From IMG/VR virus record IMGVR_UViG_3300048579_000388, positions 10,454 to 74,453 of that record: 64,000 nucleotides of DNA, one strand, 5' to 3'. Below, piece after piece: positions 45,516-53,875 of the stretch (positions are counted from its first letter, which is position 1; every line of letters begins with the position of its first letter). The stretch comes from a virus. Taxonomy: Duplodnaviria; Caudoviricetes. Both the position numbers and the translations under genes were made by a program. The notes beneath the pieces were generated by a model, which was not told the DNA's origin, searched no databases, and saw only the letters and a list, made by a program, of their open reading frames with translations.

Positions 45516-45710
45516 ATGGCCAAGAAGCCGACAACCAAAGCTGCGCCCGATATCAATCCGGAGGCGCAGTATGACGTCACGCTGAAGCGGCCGATCAAGC
45601 TCGGTCGCTCCGGCACCTATGCACGGCCGGGCCTTCCCCTGACGCTCAGTGGCGCCCGTCTCCTCGAACACTTGGAAGACGTTGATGGCTACACAGAAGT
45701 CACTGGCTGA
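45516..45710 (+). CDS. Small hypothetical tail-region protein
   Basis: AAGGAG SD. Confidence 0.65.
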   Translation: MAKKPTTKAAPDINPEAQYDVTLKRPIKLGRSGTYARPGLPLTLSGARLLEHLEDVDGYTEVTG

Positions 45711-47727
45711 GCAGGTCCGTCTCGACGAGGATTGGGAACTCAGCCTCGAAAATATCGCGCTGCTGCTCGGCGCGATCGAGGCGCGGCTCAAGACGATCGA
45801 GATCAAGGGCGCGGATTTCGACGTCGTGCGCGACCAGGTGCTCGGCGTGCTGCTGGCGCGCATCAACGAGGTTCTGACACCGCAGATCAATGCGATCAGC
45901 AACATCGTCAATATGGGCTTCCTGATCGCCTATTCGGACAGCTCGGCCGCTCTGGCGCCTGGCAATGTGCTGCTCTTCACCATTGAGGACGAAGAGCAGC
46001 GCATGGTATTCACCCCGTCGCCGCGCGTCAGCTTGAGCCGTGTGGCCAACTATACCGACTATGCCATTGCCCAGGTGTCCGACTGGAACCGGGAAACCGG
46101 CGAGCTGGTGGTTGTCGTGGAAGCTGCCTGGGGCAACCCTGGGCCGTTTACCGACTGGGTCATTGCCGCTCTGCCTGGCGATACGCTGGCTGCTATTCAG
46201 GCGGCCGACGAAGCCATCACCGCCATGAACCTGTCCAAGGATTGGGCCCAGAAGGGTGACGGGCTCGACGTCGATGGCGTTGGCACGCGATCAGCCAAGC
46301 ACTATGCTGGCGCGGCGCTGGCGAGTGCCTCTGCTGCCGGCGGTTCGGCATCGACGGCAAGCGGCGCGGCGACAACGGCCACAGGCGCGCGGGACACCGC
46401 GGTTGCAGCCAAGGATCTCGCGGTTACCAAAGCAGCTGAAGCTGCAGCGTCGGCGGCCTTGATCTCAGGCGGACCGGTGACTTCGATCAACTACAAGACC
46501 GGCGTCGCCTTTACAGACCCGACCAAGGTGACAGAGGTCAAACCGACATTGGATTTCGACCTCACGAACCTCAACGGCGCGCCGTTCTTCGACAGTTTCT
46601 CTCGGCCGTCGATCGGCGGATACCGGCGGAACCACAAAGGCGTGATTGTCCCGACGACGTTCGATGAGCCTTATGTCGATCGGGACACGGATGGCAAGGC
46701 CAAAGGAACGGGATTTTTTGGGGCCTATTCGAACCTGTTGGTTCGGTCGGAAGAATTCGACAATGCTGTCTGGACAAAGACCAATGTGACACCAACTGCC
46801 AATTCGACAATTGGCGCCGACGGTGCGCAGTCCATGGACACCTTGAATGCGACCGTGAATAGCGGGGTCGTCTTTCAGAATTACATGAGCGCTCCCGGTT
46901 CGACAAAGCACCGACTTTGCGTCCGGCTGAAGCAGGGTACGGCCGCATTCACGCGCTGCTATCTTGGCTTTCTCGGCGGCTCATTCAGTTACGCCATCGC
47001 TCTGATCGATTGGTCAGCAAAGACGGTGTCAACGTTCGCCGGTGGCGCAACTTCGGTTTCGGCAAGTTTGGTCGACTTAGGCGGAGGCATCTATGAACTG
47101 ACCCTCTACGGCGTCGATGGCGGCAGCGCCAACACCTATGTGCAGTGGGCGATCGAACCGGCCTATAATTCCACGGGAACAGTTATCGCGGGGCAGGCCG
47201 AACTCACCCAAACCTCGTTTGCGGTGCCGTACATGCCGACGACGTCAGCCGCGGCGGCGCGCTCTGCCGACAGCATGATCATCTCGGGAACGGACTTCAC
47301 GGATATCTTCAACCCGCTCGAAGGTACTTTCTACTGCGAATTCGCGCCCGGGCAGGCGAGCGGTTTTCCTGGCGTGTTCGCAGCTCAGGACGGTCCTGGC
47401 ACCAACCGGATTGGACTTCTGCAGAATGGCACCTCGCTCACGTCGATAGGCGTTGTAAAAGCGGCAGGCGTTGATCAGGCAACGTTGAGCCCCGCGGCGT
47501 CGACGCTCGGTGTATTCGACCGCGTGTCCCTCTCTTACGCTGCCAATATGGCTCGGCTCTCGAGGAATGGCGCCGCTGTCGTAACCGACAGTAGCGTCAC
47601 CCTGCCGACCGGCCTCTCTGCGCTGATTATCGGCTACTACGACGCCCCGCTGAACGGCTTCATTCGCCGCCTCATCTATTGGCCGGAGGCGCTTTCCGCA
47701 AACGAACTGCAATGGATGACAGCATGA
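45685..47727 (+). CDS. Tail fibre/receptor-binding protein with Ala-rich linker and LamG-like C-terminal domain
   Basis: ASAAGGSASTASGAA linker; NLLVRSEEFDNAVWTK; YMPTTSAAAARSAD; LNGFIRRLIYWP. Confidence 0.75.
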   Translation: MATQKSLAEQVRLDEDWELSLENIALLLGAIEARLKTIEIKGADFDVVRDQVLGVLLARINEVLTPQINAISNIVNMGFLIAYSDSSAALAPGNVLLFTIEDEEQRMVFTPSPRVSLSRVANYTDYAIAQVSDWNRETGELVVVVEAAWGNPGPFTDWVIAALPGDTLAAIQAADEAITAMNLSKDWAQKGDGLDVDGVGTRSAKHYAGAALASASAAGGSASTASGAATTATGARDTAVAAKDLAVTKAAEAAASAALISGGPVTSINYKTGVAFTDPTKVTEVKPTLDFDLTNLNGAPFFDSFSRPSIGGYRRNHKGVIVPTTFDEPYVDRDTDGKAKGTGFFGAYSNLLVRSEEFDNAVWTKTNVTPTANSTIGADGAQSMDTLNATVNSGVVFQNYMSAPGSTKHRLCVRLKQGTAAFTRCYLGFLGGSFSYAIALIDWSAKTVSTFAGGATSVSASLVDLGGGIYELTLYGVDGGSANTYVQWAIEPAYNSTGTVIAGQAELTQTSFAVPYMPTTSAAAARSADSMIISGTDFTDIFNPLEGTFYCEFAPGQASGFPGVFAAQDGPGTNRIGLLQNGTSLTSIGVVKAAGVDQATLSPAASTLGVFDRVSLSYAANMARLSRNGAAVVTDSSVTLPTGLSALIIGYYDAPLNGFIRRLIYWPEALSANELQWMTA

Positions 47728-48950
47728 CCATAGCAACACGTCATCGCGGAGGCTTGATGGGCATGGAGCATGCCCGCAAGCTCGACAAGATCAAGGCGGA
47801 TATTCTGCTCAGCGATCCCGCCGCCTATGGCGATATTGCGCCGACGCTGGATCTCGACTTCACCAATATCTATGGCGCGCCGTTTCCGGGGAATTTTAGC
47901 CGCCCCACCATTGGCGGCTACCGGTTGAATGCCAAGGGCGTGATGGTCCCGACCGTGGCCAATGAGCCGAATATTGATTTCGGGACCGATGGCAAGCCGC
48001 TCGGGACCGGGTTCTACGGCGCCTATACGAACCTGTTGACGTGGTCCGAAGACTTCACCAATGCAGCTTGGACGAAGGGGCCAAATGTAACGGTCACCCC
48101 AAACAACGTGGCAGCCCCTGACGGGAACCTAACGGCTGATCGCATTGCCGCCAGCAGCGGCGACAATGCTATGTCTCAGAGCGCATTGGTCACCGGCAAC
48201 CAGTACTACACCTTTAGTATTTGGCTGAGATCAGACAGTTCAATCGGCCTGACCTTGCTCATTTTCGACGGAACGGGGGGCGGAAACACCACCCTTAATG
48301 TCACCGCGACGACCGACTGGCAGCAGTTCAGCCTGACGAGGCTCGTGCCGGCGGGGCAAACTGGTGTTGTTTGTTACATCGGCGGCGCGGGATCATTTAC
48401 GAACGAGACTATTTACGCCTGGGGTGCTCAGCTCACCGCCACCGCTTTCCCGGTTCCCTATGTGCCGACCACATCGGCAACGGTGGCTCGGAATGCGGAT
48501 GTCTTCTTACTGTCCGGCACTGATGTAACCGATGCCGCGAACTCGCTTGAAGGCACGTTCTATGCGGAGGCGTATGCGCCGCGCAGCCTCTCCGGCTATC
48601 CAGCTCTGCTTCAGCTCGATGACGGCGGGTTCAACAATCGCAGCGTCATTTTCTACAACAGTGCGGGGCAAGCAATCGGAGCAGGAACCGACGTCGCAGC
48701 CGTCAACACTGCCACCTTTACTTCGCAGACAATCAGCCGCGGCTCTTTCTTCCGGTTGGCTTACACGTACAAGGCCAACGCCTTCGTCTTTGTTGTGAAC
48801 GGTGCTCCAATCCTGACGGACACCGCTGGTGCAGTGCCCAGCGGCATGAACCGCATCCGGATCGGGGATACCTGGGATGAGCACATCCGCCGAGTCATCT
48901 ACTGGCCCAAGGCGTTCTCCGCGCTCGACATGAAAAGGATCACGGCATGA
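47724..48950 (+). CDS. Second LamG-like fibre/receptor-binding protein, paralog of the C-terminal part of the upstream gene
   Basis: PTLDLDFTN...FSRPTIGGY...[16 protein letters not shown]...[14 protein letters not shown]...HIRRVIYWP. Confidence 0.75.
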   Translation: MTIATRHRGGLMGMEHARKLDKIKADILLSDPAAYGDIAPTLDLDFTNIYGAPFPGNFSRPTIGGYRLNAKGVMVPTVANEPNIDFGTDGKPLGTGFYGAYTNLLTWSEDFTNAAWTKGPNVTVTPNNVAAPDGNLTADRIAASSGDNAMSQSALVTGNQYYTFSIWLRSDSSIGLTLLIFDGTGGGNTTLNVTATTDWQQFSLTRLVPAGQTGVVCYIGGAGSFTNETIYAWGAQLTATAFPVPYVPTTSATVARNADVFLLSGTDVTDAANSLEGTFYAEAYAPRSLSGYPALLQLDDGGFNNRSVIFYNSAGQAIGAGTDVAAVNTATFTSQTISRGSFFRLAYTYKANAFVFVVNGAPILTDTAGAVPSGMNRIRIGDTWDEHIRRVIYWPKAFSALDMKRITA

Positions 48951-49951
48951 TCGGTCTCGCGTCACGCCTTGCCCGTGGTTGGATGGGCTCTGGACATGTC
49001 CAGAAGCTGGAAGTCCATTCGCCCTACACGCCGGACAATGACCCGACGCTGGCGGCGAATTCGGCAAGCCGTTACGCCACCCAGCAAGCCGTCAAAGGCT
49101 ATGTGGATGGTATTGTCGAGGCGGCCAACGCGCTGCAGTTCAAGAACACGATCGACTGCTCCGGCAATCCGAACTATCCGGCCGCCAATGCCGGCCATTT
49201 CTACATCGTCTCCGTCGCCGGCAAGATCGGCGGCGCCTCGGGCCTCACCGTCGACGCCGGCGACGCGCTGATCTGCAAGACCGATGGCACCGCCGCCGGC
49301 ACGCATGCCGCGGTCGGGGCGCAGTGGACGTCGCTGCAGTTCAACATGGTGCTGGCGCTGACGCAGTCGGATATCGGCTCACTTGTTCAGGCTTACCACG
49401 CTAAACTGGCGGCGCTCGCCGGTCTCTCATCAGCGGCGGCCGACAAGCTGGCCTATTTCAACGGCGCGAACTCGTTTGCGCTGGCAGACTTCACGACGTT
49501 CGGCCGCTCGCTGGTCGACGATGTCGATGCGGCCACAGGGCGGTCAACCCTTGGCGTTGCCTGGGAGCAGATTGCCACCGCCAGCATGGCGGGGCTCGCT
49601 GCCGCCGACTTCGCGCTGCCAACCGGCTACAAGGCGTTTCGCTTCATTGGGTCGGAGATCAGCCTCAACACCAATGGTGAGAATTGGCGCATCGACTATT
49701 CAACTAACGGCTCGACCTTCACGACGAACACGCCGATCGCGGCGCTCAACGCGGCGGATGTCATCTACTGGGACTTCATGATCCATGGGCACCGATCGTC
49801 GCTGCCCATGAAGATCACGGGCCACTACCTCAACGCCTCATCCGTCGTCACCGCTCATATCCAAAGCTACGTTGCCAATGTTCAGGCGATAAGGCTCGCT
49901 ACAGGCATGCAGTGGGACAGCGGAACCGCAACTCTCTACGGGATGAAGTGA
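48947..49951 (+). CDS. Tail-fibre-like protein
   Basis: [11 protein letters not shown]; [20 protein letters not shown]...[11 protein letters not shown] fibre motif. Confidence 0.7.
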   Translation: MIGLASRLARGWMGSGHVQKLEVHSPYTPDNDPTLAANSASRYATQQAVKGYVDGIVEAANALQFKNTIDCSGNPNYPAANAGHFYIVSVAGKIGGASGLTVDAGDALICKTDGTAAGTHAAVGAQWTSLQFNMVLALTQSDIGSLVQAYHAKLAALAGLSSAAADKLAYFNGANSFALADFTTFGRSLVDDVDAATGRSTLGVAWEQIATASMAGLAAADFALPTGYKAFRFIGSEISLNTNGENWRIDYSTNGSTFTTNTPIAALNAADVIYWDFMIHGHRSSLPMKITGHYLNASSVVTAHIQSYVANVQAIRLATGMQWDSGTATLYGMK

Positions 49952-50427
49952 TGCCTGCTATTGCACACGACGGCGAGATAATCGAACTGACCGAGGAAGA
50001 GTTCGCAGCGACCTGCGAGGCGCCGGAATTCGGCATGCTGCAGGCCACCAAGGATGCCGCCGTACGCGCCCGCATCGAGGTCGAGCTGGCTCGCGGTGCG
50101 CCGATCGAGGTGGCGCCTGACGTCTTCCTGCATGTCGCGCTCGATGACGGCACGCGGGCAGACGTGACCGGCATGGCGGCGACGGCGCTCGCGGCGGCCA
50201 GCTCGGCCGTGCCTTGGCCGGAGAGTTACCAACTCGGCTTCATCGCGATCGAGAATGTACGCATCCCGCTGCCGACCCCGGTTGAAGGGCTAGGCCTGGC
50301 TGCTCTTGTCGGTGATCGCTATGCGAAGATCCGGCAGAACGGGCGGGATCTAAAGGATGCCGTTGCTGCGGCCGTCGATGAGGCGGCGTTGGACGCAGTT
50401 GACATCGATAGCGGGTGGCCGGAATGA
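49951..50427 (+). CDS. Tail fibre assembly chaperone-like protein (DUF4376-like)
   Basis: C-terminal LKDAVAAAVDEAALDAVDIDSGWP. Confidence 0.7.
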   Translation: MPAIAHDGEIIELTEEEFAATCEAPEFGMLQATKDAAVRARIEVELARGAPIEVAPDVFLHVALDDGTRADVTGMAATALAAASSAVPWPESYQLGFIAIENVRIPLPTPVEGLGLAALVGDRYAKIRQNGRDLKDAVAAAVDEAALDAVDIDSGWPE

Positions 50428-50560
50428 CAAATGAGGTTTGTGTTTCGCGTCAGGTCTGCGCTTGCAGTAGCGAAAAGTGTCGTGCGCATGGTTGCCAAGC
50501 GCTGCGGGAGCGCACCCTTACAAAAGACGTCCGGCGAGAGCGCGATGAATGCAAGGCGGG

Positions 50561-51076
50561 TCAAACCGTCCTGACGGTTATCATCTCCTCGCCGGCGTTT
50601 AGTGTGACGTTAGAAAGTCGATGAGCAACACCTAACTCCAACGACTTAGCATCGTCAAATCTAAAGTCCTCCTCTAAAAAACGGTCCGCGAGATCCTGGT
50701 CGGTCCAACCACATTTATCCTTGAACGGGCGGCTAATAAGTTCGGTATACGGTGACCTCTTCCCGACATTTGGTCCATCAGAGAATGTCGCCTGATGTAG
50801 ATTAAACCCGGTGAATGGAGCCACAGTGCGTTCTTTTCCCGCAAGGAAAATAGTTGCCGCGATCGAGCCACAAAACCCTGCAGCGTGTGTTCGAACGTTC
50901 ATCTCGAACATCTGTAGGAAGTGAAATAAACCAATCCCAGCAACCACATCGCCGCCGCCACTACAAATGCAGAAAGTGAGATCTTTGACACCCTGTCGGT
51001 GAGCGTCAGCAATGAGGATCTGCGCGTTTTTCACGCCGAAATCTGTGATTTCGCCTTGATAGAACATGTAGTGCAT
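50561..51076 (-). CDS. ClpP-like (S14) protease, antisense moron
   Basis: CSGGGDVVAG, GSIAATIFLAG (Ser), NLHQ (His), DFRFDDAKSLELGV; lower GC. Confidence 0.8.
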   Translation of the reverse strand: MHYMFYQGEITDFGVKNAQILIADAHRQGVKDLTFCICSGGGDVVAGIGLFHFLQMFEMNVRTHAAGFCGSIAATIFLAGKERTVAPFTGFNLHQATFSDGPNVGKRSPYTELISRPFKDKCGWTDQDLADRFLEEDFRFDDAKSLELGVAHRLSNVTLNAGEEMITVRTV

Positions 51077-51347
51077 ACGAGTTACCCTCGCCCAAAGAAA
51101 GCAAAGCGCCCGGGCAGGGGAGCTGCCGGGCGCGTTGAAGTGTCCGAGAGGATTGGAACTCTCTCAGCAGGACAATCCCATAGAATAGTTAGCGCCTGGT
51201 TAAAGCCATCAAAACGAAAGAGCCGGCCTAGGTCAGGGGCCGGCTCTTCACTTGCGGCGATGTGTGCGTAGGGGTTCCACCGCTGCCATATCGTAGCGCA
51301 AACAGCCTAACCGCCGGTTCATCGGGATGGTTAGCGAAATCGAAATC

Positions 51348-51372
51348 AGCCCGCCCATTGAGGCGGGTTTTT
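51348..51372 (+). terminator. Terminator-like hairpin just upstream of the sheath gene
   Basis: AGCCCGCC-CATTGA-GGCGGGTT followed by TTT. Confidence 0.55.
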
Positions 51373-51404
51373 CTTTGCCGAACTTACAACAGGAGAGAGA
51401 TCCA

Positions 51405-52655
51405 ATGACCGCACCGGTTTTTGGCATGCAGTTTTCGCGCCCGGACGACGAGCCGGTACCGGTGACGGGTGCGGACTTTTCGAAGGTCGTCATCTATGAC
51501 GAATCTGACGATGCATCGAATAGCGAGTTCCCCTACGGCGACCCGATCCGCGGATCGACATCCGACAAGGATTTCCGCGAGGCGCTCGGCACCGGGGCGC
51601 TGGCCGACCATGTGCGCGGTATCCACGACCAGCTGTCGAGCCTGAATCTTGGCGCCGATGTGACGATCGTTCGCGTTGAGAAAACGCTCGACGAGGACGA
51701 TGCGCCAGACAAGGCCGCGATCTCGGCCGATATCGTGGCCGCGCTCGACGATCTCACCGGGGTGGCGTCGATCGTCAATGCAACGCCGCGCCTGGTGATC
51801 TGCGGTTATACCGACTGGCGCGTGAACGCCAATACGGTCAACCCGGTCGTGGCGAAACTGCAGACCGTGCTGCCGAAGATCCTGGCGATCGCGCCAGTGC
51901 AAGTGGATGCAACGAGCGCCGCCAATGCGATCGACATGCGCGAAGATATGAGCTCCGACCGGCTGATGCCTATCGGCATTAAGGCGAAGGTGTTCGAGGG
52001 TCAGGACGTCGTCATCCGCGATATGACGAGCCGGGTGGCTGGTCTCTTCATCCGCACGGACAATGCCCATGAGGGGCGGCCATTCCATCCAATCGCCAAC
52101 CAGCCGGTGCTCGGTATTGCCGGGCTCAACCGGCCGCTGCCTTTTTCCTTCCTCGACGGCTCGACGCAGGGCCAGCAGATGCTAGAGGGCGACGTCTCCA
52201 TCGTCGCGCAGGGAGAGAGCGGCGTCGACGGCGCGGTCGCTGACGGTGGCTTCGTGTTTATCGGCACGGACAATGCTTCGACTGGTGAGCTCTGGAAACA
52301 GATCCACCAAGTTCGTGGCGCCGACTATATCACTGTCGAGTTTATCCAAATCACCCGGCAGTTCCTCGGCAAGCTGATGAGCGCCGATCTGGTCGAGGCC
52401 TGGATCAATTCGATCGCCTTCAAGCTGCGCGACCATAAGGTTGACGGCGATATCCTCGGCTACACGCCGCCGGAACAGATGTTCAAGCCGGATGCGAACA
52501 GCCCGGAGAACATCCGTCTCGGCACGTTGCAGCTCGATATCGGCATCGAGCCGGCGCCGGCCTTCAAGCTCGCCAATCACGCGATCCATCGTTACCGCCC
52601 GGCCGTGGTCGGCCTGGTCGACGAGATCATCTCGCGGTTGAGCAGCGCCGCGTAA
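51405..52655 (+). CDS. Tail sheath protein (P2 FI-like)
   Basis: PRLVIC, GLFIRTDNAHEG...HPIANQPVLGI, GFVFIG; AGGAG SD before MTAPVF. Confidence 0.9.
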   Translation: MTAPVFGMQFSRPDDEPVPVTGADFSKVVIYDESDDASNSEFPYGDPIRGSTSDKDFREALGTGALADHVRGIHDQLSSLNLGADVTIVRVEKTLDEDDAPDKAAISADIVAALDDLTGVASIVNATPRLVICGYTDWRVNANTVNPVVAKLQTVLPKILAIAPVQVDATSAANAIDMREDMSSDRLMPIGIKAKVFEGQDVVIRDMTSRVAGLFIRTDNAHEGRPFHPIANQPVLGIAGLNRPLPFSFLDGSTQGQQMLEGDVSIVAQGESGVDGAVADGGFVFIGTDNASTGELWKQIHQVRGADYITVEFIQITRQFLGKLMSADLVEAWINSIAFKLRDHKVDGDILGYTPPEQMFKPDANSPENIRLGTLQLDIGIEPAPAFKLANHAIHRYRPAVVGLVDEIISRLSSAA

Positions 52656-52714
52656 TCGCAGCCGTTTCAGGGCTGCGTTCGCAGCGGGGCACCTTACAAT
52701 CTCAGGAGAACACC

Positions 52715-53224
52715 ATGCCAAAGATCTATATGCTGGCAGCCGTCGATGTGCGGCGCGGCGGGGAGGCCGGTTCGGGCCGGCCGAACCTCATTGCCAAGAT
52801 GGCGATCCCGGCCATCAAGCTGATGACCGCCAATCACAATCCGGGCGGCGGCGTCGGCAGCGTCGACTGGGTACTACCACGCGTCGAGCCGCCAGAGCCG
52901 AAATATGAGGCCAAAGGCATCGATGACGATATTTTCCGCGGCTTCGGCATCAGCGACAAATGGGTGTTTTCCGGCGCCTACCGGGATCTGAAGTCAGGCA
53001 AATACGTCCCGGCGCGCTGCATTGTGGAGGGCGCAATCACCGAATGGGAGCCGGACGAGGCGAGCCCGGAGGAATATCAGGGCTGCAGTCATGTGTTCAA
53101 GGAAGTCACTCACTACGAGTTCCGCTTTGACGGCAAGGAGAAGTGGTACTGGGACTGGCACGAGCGCGCGCTGCGCGTCGACGGCAAAGACTATGTGAAG
53201 GAATTGAAGCGCGCGCTGGGGTGA
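52715..53224 (+). CDS. Major tail tube protein (P2 FII-like)
   Basis: 169 aa directly after the sheath gene; AGGAG SD; THYEFRFDGKE...LRVDGKDY. Confidence 0.88.
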   Translation: MPKIYMLAAVDVRRGGEAGSGRPNLIAKMAIPAIKLMTANHNPGGGVGSVDWVLPRVEPPEPKYEAKGIDDDIFRGFGISDKWVFSGAYRDLKSGKYVPARCIVEGAITEWEPDEASPEEYQGCSHVFKEVTHYEFRFDGKEKWYWDWHERALRVDGKDYVKELKRALG

Positions 53225-53232
53225 GCCGGATT

Positions 53233-53451
53233 TTAGCTGGCTTTTGACCCCGTGGTCAAAAGCCGCACGATCCCCGCTTGGACAGCACTCAGCACATAGG
53301 CTGCTGCCAACACTACGATCCAGTGCCAGATCGAGAAGGTCTGGCCCTCCTTATTCAAGACCAGAAGCACAGATCCAGCGAAAATCAACTGGCTAACGAA
53401 AAGCTTGTTCGTGAGTTGCAGGAACGTGTGCGTCATTTCTCCAATTCCCAA
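53233..53451 (-). CDS. Small two-TM membrane protein, antisense moron
   Basis: LFVSQLIFAGSVLLVL and IWHWIVVLAAAYVLSAV hydrophobic segments. Confidence 0.5.
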   Translation of the reverse strand: MGIGEMTHTFLQLTNKLFVSQLIFAGSVLLVLNKEGQTFSIWHWIVVLAAAYVLSAVQAGIVRLLTTGSKAS

Positions 53452-53459
53452 CCTGAAAG

Positions 53460-53753
53460 ATGAGCGGAATGTCGAACATCATCACGTATAAATTGAAATC
53501 GCCAATCACGGTAGAGGGTGGGGCTTTGCTCGAGGATGTAATTCTGCGAGAGCCGACCGTCGATGACATGATCGCAGGTGATGAGTTTGGCGGTGAGGGC
53601 TCCCTGGCAATTGCCAATCTTCTCGCTCGGATCACCGGCATCGGCCTCGACAATTTCCGGAAGATCAGCGCGCGCGACGCGAATGCTATGAAGCGCCTGG
53701 CGGACGCCGCCTGGGGAAACGTCGAGGAGGATGGCGAGACCTCGCCGTCCTAA
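53460..53753 (+). CDS. Tail assembly chaperone (gpE/gp41-like)
   Basis: YKLKSPITVEG...LREPTVDDM...LARITG...ISARDANA. Confidence 0.85.
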   Translation: MSGMSNIITYKLKSPITVEGGALLEDVILREPTVDDMIAGDEFGGEGSLAIANLLARITGIGLDNFRKISARDANAMKRLADAAWGNVEEDGETSPS

Positions 53754-53875
53754 TCTCCAATTTCACCGCAACGCCACGGCCATTGGTCGGGGCGTACACC
53801 GTCTCAGAGGCGATCCGCGAGCGCGACGCCGTTATCCGCATCCGGAAAATGATGAATGGCAAAGCTCACCAGTAG
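53714..53875 (+). other. -1 programmed frameshift site G GGA AAC and GpE'-like extension
   Basis: X XXY YYZ heptamer at 53714-53720; the -1 frame is open for 51 codons (RRGGWRDLAVLISNF...KAHQ) to TAG at 53875. Confidence 0.75.

Noticed and set aside
46590-46625. FSRPSIGG in the tail fibre resembling SRPSIFGG at the VR start (possible third VR)
   Set aside because: The similarity is only a few residues. The downstream DNA does not follow TR, and there is no GC block or hairpin.
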